Positions 1-12,805 of a stretch of 64,000 bases of DNA are shown in pieces. This DNA comes from Actinomycetes bacterium (GTDB lineage: Bacteria; Actinomycetota; Actinomycetes; Actinomycetales; Microbacteriaceae). The notes below the pieces were generated by a model. It ran no database searches. It was given only the letters and a program-made list of their open reading frames with translations, and was not told the origin of the DNA. The position numbers and the translations under genes are program-made. The DNA is taken from positions 359-64,358 of the forward strand of contig JAEXHA010000152.1 in NCBI GenBank assembly GCA_023450335.1. The letters are read 5' to 3'. Position 1 is the stretch's first letter, and each line of letters starts with the position of its first letter.

Positions 1-106
1 AGCGAGAGGGAAACGCCCGGTTACATTCCGAACCCGGAAGCTAAGCCTCTCAGCGCCGATGGTACTGCAGGGGGGACCCTGTGGGAGAGTAGGACACCGC
101 CGGACT
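1..106 (+). rRNA. rrf: 5S rRNA (5' end truncated by window)
   Basis: Contains 5S signatures CCCGGTTACATTCCGAACCCGGAAGCTAAGCC, AGCGCCGATGGTACTGC, GGGAGAGTAGGACACCGCCGG. Confidence 0.97.
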
Positions 107-114
107 TCTTTCGT

Positions 115-150
115 GAAATGGCCACCCATCGTTGGGTGGCCATTTCTCGT
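115..150 (+). terminator. rRNA operon intrinsic terminator hairpin
   Basis: Perfect 14-bp stem GAAATGGCCACCCA / TGGGTGGCCATTTC directly after 5S. Confidence 0.8.
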
Positions 151-178
151 TAACACGCCCTGTGAGAGGATCCAGCCG

Positions 179-1780
179 ATGAGTGATGACGACCGTTCCC
201 GTTCCGAGGGTGCGCAGCGTCCCGCATCGCGGACCCCTGAAGGGCGCCCGCAGCGTGATGGCGAGCGCGCCTCGCGACCGCAGCGCGACGGTGACCGCGC
301 GCCGCGCAACTACCGTGAAGCCGGCCGCAATGCGAGCTCTGGCGACGGGCCGCGCCGTGCCTTCGGTAAGCGCGACGATGATCGCAAGCCGCGCGGTTCG
401 CGTGATGGTGAGCGTAAGCCGTACGCGAAGCGCGACGGCGACCGTAGGCCCTATGGTTCGCGCGATGGCGACCGTAAGCCGTATGCGCAGCGCGATGGCG
501 AGCGGAAGCCGTATGGTTCGCGTGATGGTGACCGGAAGCCGTACGCGCAGCGCGATGGCGACCGGAAGCCCTATGGTTCGCGCGATGGCGACCGTAAGCC
601 GTATGGTTCGCGTGACGGTGACCGCAAGCCGTACGCGCAGCGCGATGGTGACCGGAAGCCCTACGGATCCCGCGATGGTGAGCGGAAGCCGTACGGTTCG
701 CGTGACGGTGACCGCAAGCCGTACGGTTCGCGTGATGGTGACCGCAAGCCCTATGGTTCGCGTGATGGTGACCGCAAGCCGTACGCGAAGCGGGACGGCG
801 GCGAGCGTCGCTCGTCCCGCCCTCCTCAGGACGCCGAGCGGCGGCAGCGGCCGGCCGGCCCTGCCATTCCGGACGATGTGACTCCGCGCGATCTGCACGG
901 CGGCGCACGGAATGAGCTCAAGACGCTCTCCAAGGAGAACGCGGAGCAGGTCGCCCGCCACCTCGCGATGGTGGCCCGGCTCATCAACGACGATCCCGCA
1001 CTTGCGCACGAGCACGCGTTGGCTGCGTCGCGCAGCGCCGGGCGCGTCGGCGTCGTCCGCGAGACCGTCGCCATCACCGCGTACGCGGTGGGCGACTACG
1101 CCTTGGCGCTGCGCGAAGCGCGCACCTACCGGCGCATCTCCGGCAGCGATGAGCAGATCGCCCTGATCGTGGACAGCGAGCGTGGTGTCGGCCGTGCCGA
1201 CCGCGCGCTCGAGGTCGGCCGCGGCGTCGACCGCTCGACCCTGCCGACCGAAGTGCGTGTCGAACTCGCGATCGCGATGTCCGGCGCCCGGCTCGACTTG
1301 GGTGAGACCGACCGCGCCCTGCAGGAGCTCGACATCCCCGAGCACGATCCCGACCGCGCGTTCTCGTGGAGTCCTGGTCTGTTCGCCGCGCGCGCGGCCG
1401 TTCTCGAAGAGCTGGGACGCGAAGACGAGGCGCGTCACTGGCGCACGCGCGCCGAGGTCGCTGCGGCGGCCCTCGGAGATGTGGATGCCGATCGCGAGAC
1501 CATCGAAGTCGACGAGATCGAAGAGCTCATCATCGACGACGACGTCCACGACATCGACCAGACGCTCCGCGAGGACGAGGTCCCCGTCGAGGAGAGCAGC
1601 ACAGGAGAAGCCGGCACGGGCGAGTCCGCCGACGTCATCGACGATGCTGAAGACGCCCCGGCCGCGACCGCGGCCGCACCGGGCGCTGACGACGCTTCGA
1701 TCTCGGTGGAGGACGAAGTCGCCGAGCTGCTCGGCGAGACCGGCGGCCCGGACGAAGGGGCGACGGGGGAGCGCGACTGA
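179..1780 (+). CDS. Conserved actinobacterial protein (Rv1691-like position): disordered N-terminal RDGDRKPY repeats, TPR-like helical core, acidic tail
   Basis: ATG at 179 after GAGAGGA; core 'ELKTLSKENAEQVARHLAMVARLI...GVVRETVAITAY'; synteny with HAD/tlyA block. Confidence 0.85.
   Translation: MSDDDRSRSEGAQRPASRTPEGRPQRDGERASRPQRDGDRAPRNYREAGRNASSGDGPRRAFGKRDDDRKPRGSRDGERKPYAKRDGDRRPYGSRDGDRKPYAQRDGERKPYGSRDGDRKPYAQRDGDRKPYGSRDGDRKPYGSRDGDRKPYAQRDGDRKPYGSRDGERKPYGSRDGDRKPYGSRDGDRKPYGSRDGDRKPYAKRDGGERRSSRPPQDAERRQRPAGPAIPDDVTPRDLHGGARNELKTLSKENAEQVARHLAMVARLINDDPALAHEHALAASRSAGRVGVVRETVAITAYAVGDYALALREARTYRRISGSDEQIALIVDSERGVGRADRALEVGRGVDRSTLPTEVRVELAIAMSGARLDLGETDRALQELDIPEHDPDRAFSWSPGLFAARAAVLEELGREDEARHWRTRAEVAAAALGDVDADRETIEVDEIEELIIDDDVHDIDQTLREDEVPVEESSTGEAGTGESADVIDDAEDAPAATAAAPGADDASISVEDEVAELLGETGGPDEGATGERD
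401..790 (+). repeat. 30-bp coding tandem repeat x13 (RDG[DE]R[KR]PY[GS/AQ/AK])
   Basis: Visible in DNA and translation. Confidence 0.95.
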
Positions 1781-2811
1781 TGGCCCTGTTCGGGCGCACT
1801 CGGCCCACCCCGCTGGACGGCGTCGACGTCATCCTCGCCGACCTCGACGGCGTGGTCTACGCCGGCCCCGGCGCGCTGCCGCACGCAGTCGAGAGCCTCA
1901 ACCGGGCCGCCCAATCGGCGCGCCTGGCCTACATCACCAACAACGCGTCGCGTCGTGACACCACCGTCGCCGAGCATCTGCGCGAACTGGGGCTCCGCAC
2001 GGAGCCGAGCGACGTGGTCACGAGCCCGCAGGCGGCCATGAGACTGCTGCGCGATCGTGTTCCCGCACCCGCCACGATCCTCATCGTGGGTGGTGACGGT
2101 CTCGTCTTCGAGGCCGAGCGCGCCGGATATCGGGTCACCCGCAGCGCCGACGACGACCCCGCAGCCGTGGTGCAGGGCTTCGCTCCCGAGATCGGATGGG
2201 AGCACTTGGCTGAAGCCGCCTACGCGCTGGCGACGCCCGAAGACGAAGGCGGCATTCCCTGGATCGCCACCAACACGGATTGGACGATTCCGCAGGCCCG
2301 CGGACTGGCTCCGGGTAACGGCACGCTGGTCTCGGCGGTGCACACGGCGGTCGGCCGGCTCGCAGTGGTCGCCGGGAAGCCTGAGCGCGCGATCTTCGAC
2401 GAGGCCGTGGCACGGTTTGAGGCGCGGCATCCACTGTTCATCGGCGACCGCCTCGACACCGACATCGCCGGGGCGCAAGCCGCCGACATGGCGTCGGTGC
2501 TCGTACTGACGGGTGTGGACCGCCCCAAGCATGTGCTGGCGGCGCCGTCGACCTCGCGTCCGACGTTCATCGTCGGCGACCTGCGCGAGCTGCACGAGCC
2601 GTACCCCGAGACGATCGTCAAGGGCGACACCACCACCGTCGGTGGTGCCACCGTGCGCGTCGAGGGCGCTGACCTGCGCATCGTCGCCGAGGGGAGCCGT
2701 CCCATCGACCTTGTGCGCGCCGGTGCGGCCGCGATCTGGAACTCCGGTCGCGCGATCTACGGCTTCCGCGTGCCCGAGCGGCTGTACGCCGACCCGTTCC
2801 ACCGGCCCTGA
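1780..2811 (+). CDS. HAD-IIA family hydrolase (NagD-like)
   Basis: DLDGVVY motif I, TNNASR, GKP, IGDRLDTDI. Confidence 0.93.
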   Translation: MALFGRTRPTPLDGVDVILADLDGVVYAGPGALPHAVESLNRAAQSARLAYITNNASRRDTTVAEHLRELGLRTEPSDVVTSPQAAMRLLRDRVPAPATILIVGGDGLVFEAERAGYRVTRSADDDPAAVVQGFAPEIGWEHLAEAAYALATPEDEGGIPWIATNTDWTIPQARGLAPGNGTLVSAVHTAVGRLAVVAGKPERAIFDEAVARFEARHPLFIGDRLDTDIAGAQAADMASVLVLTGVDRPKHVLAAPSTSRPTFIVGDLRELHEPYPETIVKGDTTTVGGATVRVEGADLRIVAEGSRPIDLVRAGAAAIWNSGRAIYGFRVPERLYADPFHRP

Positions 2812-2866
2812 CAGCGTCGAGCGGCCACCACGACACATGCCGTGGTGGCCGCTGCGGGGCGCGCGG

Positions 2867-3880
2867 TCAGTCGACCAGTGATCCCCATGTCTTCGCGCCG
2901 ACGATGCCGTCCGCTGCGAGGCGCTTGGCCTTCTGATAGGCGATGACGGCGGCCTTCGTCTTGGCGCCGAACGCACCGTCGACCACGAGCGAGTAGCCTT
3001 CGGCGCGCAGCTCGGTCTGCAGCGCCTTGACCGCGGCACCGGACGCCCCGGACTTCAGCGTGGGCAAGACGGCCGGCCATGTCTTCGCCCCGGCGACGCC
3101 GTCGGCGGCCAGCTTGCGCGACTTCTGGAACTTCACCAGAGCCGACTTCGTCTTCGTGCCGAAAACCCCGTCGGCGACCAGGCCGTAGCCGCGCGCGGTG
3201 AGCGCGTACTGCAGCGTGCGCACCGCGGCCTTCTTGGCGCTGCCCTTCGCGATCGTCGGGAACGACGTCTCGGTCGCCTTCGGCGGCGTGGGCACCGACT
3301 GGCCGGTGAGCTTCTTGTAGTAGGTGCCGATCGCGCTCTTGGCGCCGACGTATTCGAAGTGCATCGTGTCGTGCTTGGTGTAGTGGCCGCCCCAGTAGAA
3401 CCCGGCGTTCATCCACATCTTCACGACGGCCGGCGGGATCGTGCTGCGGAAGGTGTAGCTGTGCGGGTTCTGGTTCCAGTTGATGTCGACCGCACGGCCG
3501 TAGGCGTGGTTCGAGGGGGTCGTGGTGCCGCCGATGTAGCGGCAGTTGTAGCCGCCGGTGCTGGCCGCCTGCATCGTGTACCCCATCTTCTTGGTGCGGG
3601 TCAGCAGCTCACGCACCAGCGACGCCAGCTCGGTGCGCACCGTCACGCGCACACCACCGGCCGACACGGTCGTGGTGGCGACGTTGCAGCGCGGTCCGGG
3701 CTTGGTCACCTCGGCGGCGTCGTTGAATCCCACCGGGTGCGCGCGGTAGGTCATGACCGCCCGCGGGTAGTCGCTTTCCTCGTAGTTCGTGGCCGAGGCG
3801 GCCGTGGGCGCGAGCGTGAGTGCAAGGGTCAGAGCTGCGCCGATGGCGACGAGTCTGCGTGCGGTGGTGCCGGTCTTCAT
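2867..3880 (-). CDS. Secreted M15 family peptidase with two peptidoglycan-binding domains
   Basis: Signal peptide (ASA site); SNHAYGRAVD and DTMHFE Zn motifs; two 'LQxxL...DGxFGxKT...FQ/YQ...DGxxG' repeats. Confidence 0.85.
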   Translation of the reverse strand: MKTGTTARRLVAIGAALTLALTLAPTAASATNYEESDYPRAVMTYRAHPVGFNDAAEVTKPGPRCNVATTTVSAGGVRVTVRTELASLVRELLTRTKKMGYTMQAASTGGYNCRYIGGTTTPSNHAYGRAVDINWNQNPHSYTFRSTIPPAVVKMWMNAGFYWGGHYTKHDTMHFEYVGAKSAIGTYYKKLTGQSVPTPPKATETSFPTIAKGSAKKAAVRTLQYALTARGYGLVADGVFGTKTKSALVKFQKSRKLAADGVAGAKTWPAVLPTLKSGASGAAVKALQTELRAEGYSLVVDGAFGAKTKAAVIAYQKAKRLAADGIVGAKTWGSLVD

Positions 3881-3977
3881 GATTCCTCCGATCGGGGGGC
3901 GACGAGGTCAGGCTAGGGTCGGGCGCCATCGGCCGTGAATGGGCAGTTCTCCCCACGGCCCGCGTATCGTGGAGGCC

Positions 3978-4142
3978 ATGTCGATGGATGCCGGAAACTC
4001 CGACGAGCGCCGTGAAGATCTGCTGTCGGCGCTCGAGGTGATCGAGGGTCAGCCGCTGGGTGAGCGCGCCGCCGCCTATGCTGCGCTGCACGACGAACTC
4101 GCCCGGCGCCTGGAGTCCGGGCCGCGCGACCTGCCCGCATGA
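3978..4142 (+). CDS. Small conserved hypothetical protein upstream of tlyA
   Basis: GGAGG before ATG; ATGA overlap with tlyA; 'LEVIEGQPLGERAAAYAALHDEL'. Confidence 0.7.
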   Translation: MSMDAGNSDERREDLLSALEVIEGQPLGERAAAYAALHDELARRLESGPRDLPA

Positions 4143-4951
4143 CGACCCGCCTCGATGCCGCCGTGGCCGCCCGTGGTCTCGCACGTTCTCGTACGCACGC
4201 TGCGCAGCTGATCGGGGCGGGGCTGGTCAGCGTCGACGGCGCCCCCGTGGTCAAACCTTCGGCACGCGTGGCCGACGACGCGGTCATCACCGTCGCGGGC
4301 ACCGACCACTACGTGAGCCGAGCCGCGCACAAGCTCATCGCCGGGCTCGAGACGTTCGCGATCGAGGCCGCGGGGCGGACCGCACTCGACATGGGTGCGT
4401 CGACCGGGGGCTTCACCCAGGTGCTGCGCGAGCGCGGCGCCGACCCGGTGCTCGCCGTCGACGTCGGCCACGGCCAGCTCGACCCGTCGATCGCCGCCGA
4501 CGCGGGCGTCATCGCGGTCGAGGGCTACAACGTGCGATACATGACGCCCGAGAGCCTCGCCGAGGCCACCGGCATCCACACCCCACCGGCGCTTCTCACC
4601 GGTGACCTGTCCTTCATCTCGCTCACGCATGTGCTGCCGGCCGTCGCTGCGGTGGCCGCGGAGCACGCCGACATCGTGCTGCTGATCAAGCCGCAGTTCG
4701 AAGTCGGTCGCACCGGTGTGCGCGAAGGGCTCGTCACCGACCCGGTGCGCCGGGCCGACGCGGTCGCCGGCGTGCTGTGGGCGGCGTGGGATGCCGGGCT
4801 GGGCACGTTCGGACTCATCGACTCGCCGATCGTCGGCACGCACGGCAACGCGGAGTACCTGGCGTGGCTGCGTCCACAGCCGGAGGGCGAAGCGGCCGGC
4901 AATCCGACAGAATGGATGGGCACGGTGAACCGACTGGCGGGAGCTCCATGA
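4139..4951 (+). CDS. tlyA: TlyA family rRNA 2'-O-methyltransferase
   Basis: S4 domain, VSRAAHKL, DMGASTGGFT, DLSFISL, IKPQFE. Confidence 0.96.
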   Translation: MTTRLDAAVAARGLARSRTHAAQLIGAGLVSVDGAPVVKPSARVADDAVITVAGTDHYVSRAAHKLIAGLETFAIEAAGRTALDMGASTGGFTQVLRERGADPVLAVDVGHGQLDPSIAADAGVIAVEGYNVRYMTPESLAEATGIHTPPALLTGDLSFISLTHVLPAVAAVAAEHADIVLLIKPQFEVGRTGVREGLVTDPVRRADAVAGVLWAAWDAGLGTFGLIDSPIVGTHGNAEYLAWLRPQPEGEAAGNPTEWMGTVNRLAGAP

Positions 4952-5907
4952 CCAGTGCCCCACGCAACATCCTCGTGGTCGCGCACGCGCACCGCGACGA
5001 CACCGTCGCCGCGGCGCGACGGGTCATCGCAGCCCTGCACGCCGCCGACGCCTGCCCCGTCGTTCCGGGCGACGACCCGGCGCTGCTCGAGGCGCTCCGC
5101 GGTCTCGAGGTGCGTCTGCTCGGCTCCGACGTCGCCGTCGCCGACATCGAAGCGGCGATCGTCCTGGGCGGCGACGGCACCATCCTGCGCGCGGCCGAGC
5201 TCGTGCGCGAGGGCACCGCGCCGGTGCTGGGTGTGAACATGGGCCACGTCGGTTTCTTGGCCGAGATCGAGCGCGACGACATGGACGAAGCCGTCCGCCG
5301 TGTCATCGCGCACGACTACGAGGTCGAAGAGCGCCTCGCGCTGCAGGTGCGGGTGAAGGACTCCGACGATGCGGTGGTCTACGAGACGTGGGCACTCAAC
5401 GAGGCCACCGTCGAGAAGGCGAGCCGTGAGCGCATGCTCGAGCTGGTCATCGAGATCGACGGCCGGCCGCTGTCGACCTTCGGCGCCGACGGCGTCGTCG
5501 TGTCCACGCCCACGGGATCGACCGCCTACAACTTCTCCGCCGGCGGCCCGGTCATCTGGCCGACCGTGCAGGCGCTGTCGGTCGTGCCACTGTCCGCCCA
5601 CGCCCTGTTCGCTAGGCCCCTGGTCGTCGGACCCGAGCACGCGGTGGCGATCGAACTGCTCGAACGCAACCTGAGCGCCGGTGTGCTGTGGTGTGACGGG
5701 CGACGTTCGCACGACCTGCCGCCGGGCGCGCGGGTCGTCGTGCGCCGGTCGGAGCGGCCGGTGCGTCTGGCGAGGCTGCACCCTGCCGCCTTCACCGACC
5801 GCCTCGTGGGCAAGTTCCAGCTGCCGGTCGAAGGCTGGCGCGGTCCGGGGGCGAAGACCACGACGCTGCCGACGGTTCCCGCCTCGCACCACGGGGGTGC
5901 GCCGTGA
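4948..5907 (+). CDS. ppnK: NAD kinase
   Basis: LGGDGTIL, ALNE, STPTGSTAYNFSAGGP. Confidence 0.96.
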   Translation: MTSAPRNILVVAHAHRDDTVAAARRVIAALHAADACPVVPGDDPALLEALRGLEVRLLGSDVAVADIEAAIVLGGDGTILRAAELVREGTAPVLGVNMGHVGFLAEIERDDMDEAVRRVIAHDYEVEERLALQVRVKDSDDAVVYETWALNEATVEKASRERMLELVIEIDGRPLSTFGADGVVVSTPTGSTAYNFSAGGPVIWPTVQALSVVPLSAHALFARPLVVGPEHAVAIELLERNLSAGVLWCDGRRSHDLPPGARVVVRRSERPVRLARLHPAAFTDRLVGKFQLPVEGWRGPGAKTTTLPTVPASHHGGAP

Positions 5908-7607
5908 TCGAGCAGATCCACCTGCGAGACCTGGGTGTCATCGCCGAGGCGACTCTGCCGATCGGGCCGGGCTTCACCGCGATCACGGGCGAGACCGGCG
6001 CGGGCAAGACCATGGTCGTCACCGGGCTCGGGCTGTTGCTGGGCCAGCGCGCCGACTCGGGCGCCGTGCGGTCGGGCGCGGCACAAGCCGCGGTCGACGG
6101 TGTGTGGCTCGTGCCCGAGCAGGGCGCGGTGGCCGAACGCGTGCACGATGCCGGCGGAGAGGTCGAGCCGGTCGGCGACGGCCGCGCCGAGCTCTACCTC
6201 GGCCGTGTGCTGTCGGGTGAAGGGCGCAGCCGCGCCACGGTGGGCGGGCGCACGGCCCCGGCCGGCGTGCTGGCCGACCTCGCCGATCAGCTCGTCGTCG
6301 TGCACGGCCAGTCCGACCAGCTGCGCCTGCGCTCAGCGGCCGCGCAGCGCGACGCTCTCGACCGGTTCGGCGGCGAGGCCATCGCCGACGCTCTGGGCCG
6401 CTACCGTGACGCGCACGAGCACCACCGGGCTGTCGCCGAGCAGCTGCGGGTGCTCACCACCGAGCGCGACGCGCGTGCCCGCGAGGCCGAAGAGTTGCGC
6501 GCCGCGCTGACAGAGATCGAGCAGCTCGATCCGCAGCCGGGCGAAGACCTCGAGCTGTCGCAGCGTGCCGAGCGGCTCGCCAATGCCGAACAACTGCGGC
6601 AGGCTGCCGCGCTGGCCCACGAGGCGCTGTCGAGCGACGACGACCAGCCGGACGTGCAGGGGCTGCTGGGTGAGGCGCGCCGGGCGCTCGAGCGTGCCGC
6701 GCACAGCGACGACGCCCTCGCCGGGTTCGCGTCGACGCTCGAAGAGATCGGCTACCGCATCGCCGACGCCGCCGGAGATCTCAGCGGCTACCTGGCCGAC
6801 CTCGACGAGTCGGGTCCGCACGAACTGGCGGCTGTCGAAGAGCGCCGTGCGGCGCTGGGCGGCATCATCCGCGCCCACGGCACCCTCGCCGCCGCGATCG
6901 AACTGCGCGAGATCGGCGCCGCGCGGCTGGCCGAGCTCGATGATGACTCCGACCGCATCGACAGACTCACCGGCGAGGCCGAGGCCGCGGCATCCATTCT
7001 CGACGAGGCGGCCGCCGCGCTCACCGCCGCTCGCACGGCCGCCGCTGAACGCCTCGGCGCCCAGGTGACCGACGAGCTGCGGCACCTGGCGCTTCCCGAC
7101 GCCCGCGTCGACGTGCGCGTCGCCGGCGGAACCGAGAGCGCCGCGGGCCGTGACGAGGTCACGATTCTGCTCGCGCCGCACCCCGGCGCCGACCCGCGCC
7201 CGGTCGCCCGCGGCGCGTCGGGCGGCGAGCTCAGCCGCGTCATGCTGGCGATCGAAGTCGTCATCGCACAGACCGACCCCGTGCCGACGTTCGTGTTCGA
7301 CGAGGTGGATGCCGGTATCGGCGGAGCCGCGGCGATCGAGGTCGGTCGGCGCCTGGCCCAGCTGGCCCAGAGCAGCCAGGTGATCGCCGTCACCCACCTC
7401 GCGCAGGTCGCCGCATTCGCGACCAACCACCTGAGCGTCGTCAAGTCCGGCGACGGCTCGGTCACCGCCTCGAGCGTCCGCGTGCTCGAGGGCACCGAAC
7501 GCGAAGCCGAGATGGCGCGGCTGCTGTCGGGCCTGAGTGACTCCGACACCGCTCTCGAACATGCTCGGGAACTGCTCAGCCTCGGCGCACCACGACTGAT
7601 AGGATGA
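5904..7607 (+). CDS. recN: DNA repair protein RecN
   Basis: ITGETGAGKT Walker A, SGGELSR, FDEVDAGIGG, VTHLAQVAA. Confidence 0.97.
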   Translation: MIEQIHLRDLGVIAEATLPIGPGFTAITGETGAGKTMVVTGLGLLLGQRADSGAVRSGAAQAAVDGVWLVPEQGAVAERVHDAGGEVEPVGDGRAELYLGRVLSGEGRSRATVGGRTAPAGVLADLADQLVVVHGQSDQLRLRSAAAQRDALDRFGGEAIADALGRYRDAHEHHRAVAEQLRVLTTERDARAREAEELRAALTEIEQLDPQPGEDLELSQRAERLANAEQLRQAAALAHEALSSDDDQPDVQGLLGEARRALERAAHSDDALAGFASTLEEIGYRIADAAGDLSGYLADLDESGPHELAAVEERRAALGGIIRAHGTLAAAIELREIGAARLAELDDDSDRIDRLTGEAEAAASILDEAAAALTAARTAAAERLGAQVTDELRHLALPDARVDVRVAGGTESAAGRDEVTILLAPHPGADPRPVARGASGGELSRVMLAIEVVIAQTDPVPTFVFDEVDAGIGGAAAIEVGRRLAQLAQSSQVIAVTHLAQVAAFATNHLSVVKSGDGSVTASSVRVLEGTEREAEMARLLSGLSDSDTALEHARELLSLGAPRLIG

Positions 7608-9950
<2,343 letters not shown>

Positions 9951-9954
<4 letters not shown>

Positions 9955-10874
9955 ACCTCGAGCGCGCGATCGATGCCTACCTCAGGCATGTCTCGGTCGA
10001 GCGCGGCCTCTCGGAGCACACGGTCGCCGCCTATCGTCGCGACCTCGCAGGCTACGCGCACTGGCTCGCCGCGCGCGATGTGAGCGACACGGATGCCGTG
10101 ACACCGGCACTGGTCGCGGACTTCATCGCCGAGCGCTCCGGCGCCGTGCCGCCGCCGGCTGCGACGTCGCTTGCGCGTCTGCAGTCGTCGGTGCGCGGGC
10201 TGCACCGCTTCCTGGTGCGCGAGCAGCACGCCACCGACGACCCCACCGGCCGCCTGCGCCCACCCAAGACGCCGCAGCGACTGCCGAAGGCGCTCACCAT
10301 CGATCAGGTGATGGCGCTGCTCGACGCTGCCGGCCCCGAACCCGGCGATGCCGTCGACACCGACCCGCTGCGGCTGCGTGACCGCGCCCTGCTCGAGCTG
10401 CTGTATGCGACCGGGGCCCGGGTGTCGGAGATCGTGCAGCTCGATGTCGACGACCTCGCGCGCGGCGACGTCGTGCGGGTACGCGGCAAGGGCGCGAAGG
10501 AGCGGATCATCCCCGTCGGCTCGTACGCGCGTGCCGCCGTCGAGGCCTACCTTGCACGAGTGCGGCCTGAGCTGGCACGGCGCGGCACAGTCACCCCTCG
10601 GCTGTTCCTCGGCGCCCGCGGTGCGCCGCTGTCGCGGCAGAGCGCGTGGCTGATCATCCAGCAGGCCGCCGAGCGCGCAAAGCTGACCGCCCACGTGTCA
10701 CCGCACACCCTGCGCCACTCGTTCGCGACGCATCTGCTCACCGGCGGTGCCGACGTGCGCGTCGTGCAAGAACTGCTCGGTCACGCGTCGGTGGCCACCA
10801 CGCAGATCTACACCCACGTCACCGTCGACGCGCTGCGCGACGTCTACGTGACCTCGCACCCGCGAGCCCGGTGA
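9951..10874 (+). CDS. xerD: Site-specific tyrosine recombinase XerD
   Basis: [37 protein letters not shown] start overlapping NUDIX stop. Confidence 0.93.
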
Positions 10875-11025
10875 CGCTGCGCCGCGACCGCGCACCGTGA
10901 CGCCCCGCCGCGACCGGGTGCGGCACCGCAGCGGCCGGGTTGAAGCACGGCGGCATCCCGAATCCACAGACACCGTTGCGCCGCCCACGGTCTCGACCGC
11001 GGCGTGACTAGAATCAGAAGGCGAA

Positions 11026-11931
11026 ATGGTGAAGGCAGGAGAGCCGGTGGCGGGCAGCAAGCAGGGCACGACGGGGCCCGCACAGGGCGACACGCCGATC
11101 GGTCCCACCGGGCGTCCCTACCAGGGTTTCGCCACGCCGCCCAAGCTCGACGGGCACGGCCCCGCGCGCATCATCGCACTGTGCAACCAGAAGGGCGGCG
11201 TCGGCAAGACGACGACCACCATCAACCTCGCCGCCTCGCTCGCCCAATACGGACGCAAGGTGCTCGCGGTCGACTTCGACCCGCAGGGCGCGCTGTCGGC
11301 GGGCCTGGGCATCCCCACCCACGACATCCCCACGATCTACGACCTGCTGCTGGACACCAAGCGCGACCCGCACGAGGTCATCGTGTCGACCGCCGTCGAG
11401 AACCTCGACGTGGTCCCGGCCAACATCGATCTGTCCGCCGCCGAGGTGCACCTGGTCAACGAGGTGGCCCGTGAGACGATCCTGTCGCGCGTGCTGTTGA
11501 AGGTGAAGGACGACTACGACGTCATTCTCATCGACTGCCAGCCGTCGCTGGGTCTGCTGACCGTCAACGCGCTCACCGCGAGCCACGGCGTGCTCATTCC
11601 GCTCGAGTGCGAGTTCTTCGCGCTGCGCGGTGTGGCGCTGCTGATCGAGACGATCGACAAGGTGCGCGATCGTCTCAACCCCGCCATCAAGCTCGACGGT
11701 GTGCTGGCCACGATGTACGACGCCCGCACCCTGCACTCGCGCGAGGTGCTCGAGCGGGTCGTCGACGCGTTCGGCGACGATGTGCTCGAGACGGTCATCG
11801 GCCGCACGGTCAAGTTCCCCGACGCGTCGGTGTCGGGGGTTCCGATCATCAAGTTCGCGCCCGAGCATGCAGCCGCCCAGGCCTACCTGCGACTGGCGCG
11901 GGAGCTGGTCGCACGTGGCGCTGTCGCCTGA
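11026..11931 (+). CDS. ParA/Soj family ATPase
   Basis: NQKGGVGKTTT, DFDPQG, IDCQPSLG. Confidence 0.93.
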   Translation: MVKAGEPVAGSKQGTTGPAQGDTPIGPTGRPYQGFATPPKLDGHGPARIIALCNQKGGVGKTTTTINLAASLAQYGRKVLAVDFDPQGALSAGLGIPTHDIPTIYDLLLDTKRDPHEVIVSTAVENLDVVPANIDLSAAEVHLVNEVARETILSRVLLKVKDDYDVILIDCQPSLGLLTVNALTASHGVLIPLECEFFALRGVALLIETIDKVRDRLNPAIKLDGVLATMYDARTLHSREVLERVVDAFGDDVLETVIGRTVKFPDASVSGVPIIKFAPEHAAAQAYLRLARELVARGAVA

Positions 11932-12805
11932 CGACGCAGCATCGTCGCCGGAGGAGCCAGCCACGCTCGACGCTCCGGAGTCGGATGCGCCCGAGTCGGC
12001 GGGGACTGCGGATGCCGCCGCCCCGGCATCCACCTTCACCGTCACCTTCGAGGGCTTCGACGGCCCGTTCGACCTGCTGCTGAACCTCATCTCGCAGCAC
12101 GAGATGGACATCACCGAGGTGTCGCTGAGCAAGGTCACCGACGAGTTCATCGCCTACCTGCGCGGTCTCGACGATGCCGGTCTCGACCAAGCATCGGAGT
12201 TTCTCGTGGTGGCCGCGACCCTGCTCGACATGAAGGTCGCGGGGCTTTTGCCGCAGGGTGAGCTCGTCGACGCCGAGTCGGTGGCGCTGCTCGAGGCGCG
12301 CGACCTGCTGTTCGCGCGGCTGCTGCAGTACCGCGCGTTCAAAGAGGTCTCGGCCTGGTTCGCCCGCTGTCTCGAGCGCGAGGACCGCCGGCACGTGCGC
12401 GCCGTGCGCCTCGATGAGAAGTACTGTCGTGCGGTTCCCGAGCTGGTGTGGACGCTGTCGAAAGAGGACTTCGCCGCGCTCGCCGTGCTCGCGTTCACGC
12501 CGAAGGAGATCCCGCATGTCGGGCTCGACCACCTGCACGCGCCACTTGTGTCGATCCGCGAGCAGGCGGCCGTCGTGGTGACGCTGCTGCGGGATGCCGG
12601 GAGCCTCAACTTCCGTGAGCTGATCGCCGGTGTCGCGCAGCCCGGCATCGTCGTGGCACGGTTCCTCGCCGTGCTCGAGCTGTACCGTCACGCCGCGCTG
12701 TCGTTCGAACAGCTCGAGCCACTGGGCGAGCTGACCCTGCGCTGGACCGCCGAGCGGTGGTCGGAAGAGAACCTCGCGACCCTGGGAGCAGACTATGACC
12801 GATGA
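11915..12805 (+). CDS. scpA: Segregation/condensation protein A
   Basis: FDGPFDLLLNLI, ARFLAVLELY. Confidence 0.93.
   Translation: MALSPDDAASSPEEPATLDAPESDAPESAGTADAAAPASTFTVTFEGFDGPFDLLLNLISQHEMDITEVSLSKVTDEFIAYLRGLDDAGLDQASEFLVVAATLLDMKVAGLLPQGELVDAESVALLEARDLLFARLLQYRAFKEVSAWFARCLEREDRRHVRAVRLDEKYCRAVPELVWTLSKEDFAALAVLAFTPKEIPHVGLDHLHAPLVSIREQAAVVVTLLRDAGSLNFRELIAGVAQPGIVVARFLAVLELYRHAALSFEQLEPLGELTLRWTAERWSEENLATLGADYDR

Noticed and set aside
401..790. Possible CRISPR or non-coding array
   Set aside because: The 30-bp period is in frame and variation is mostly synonymous, so it is a coding repeat
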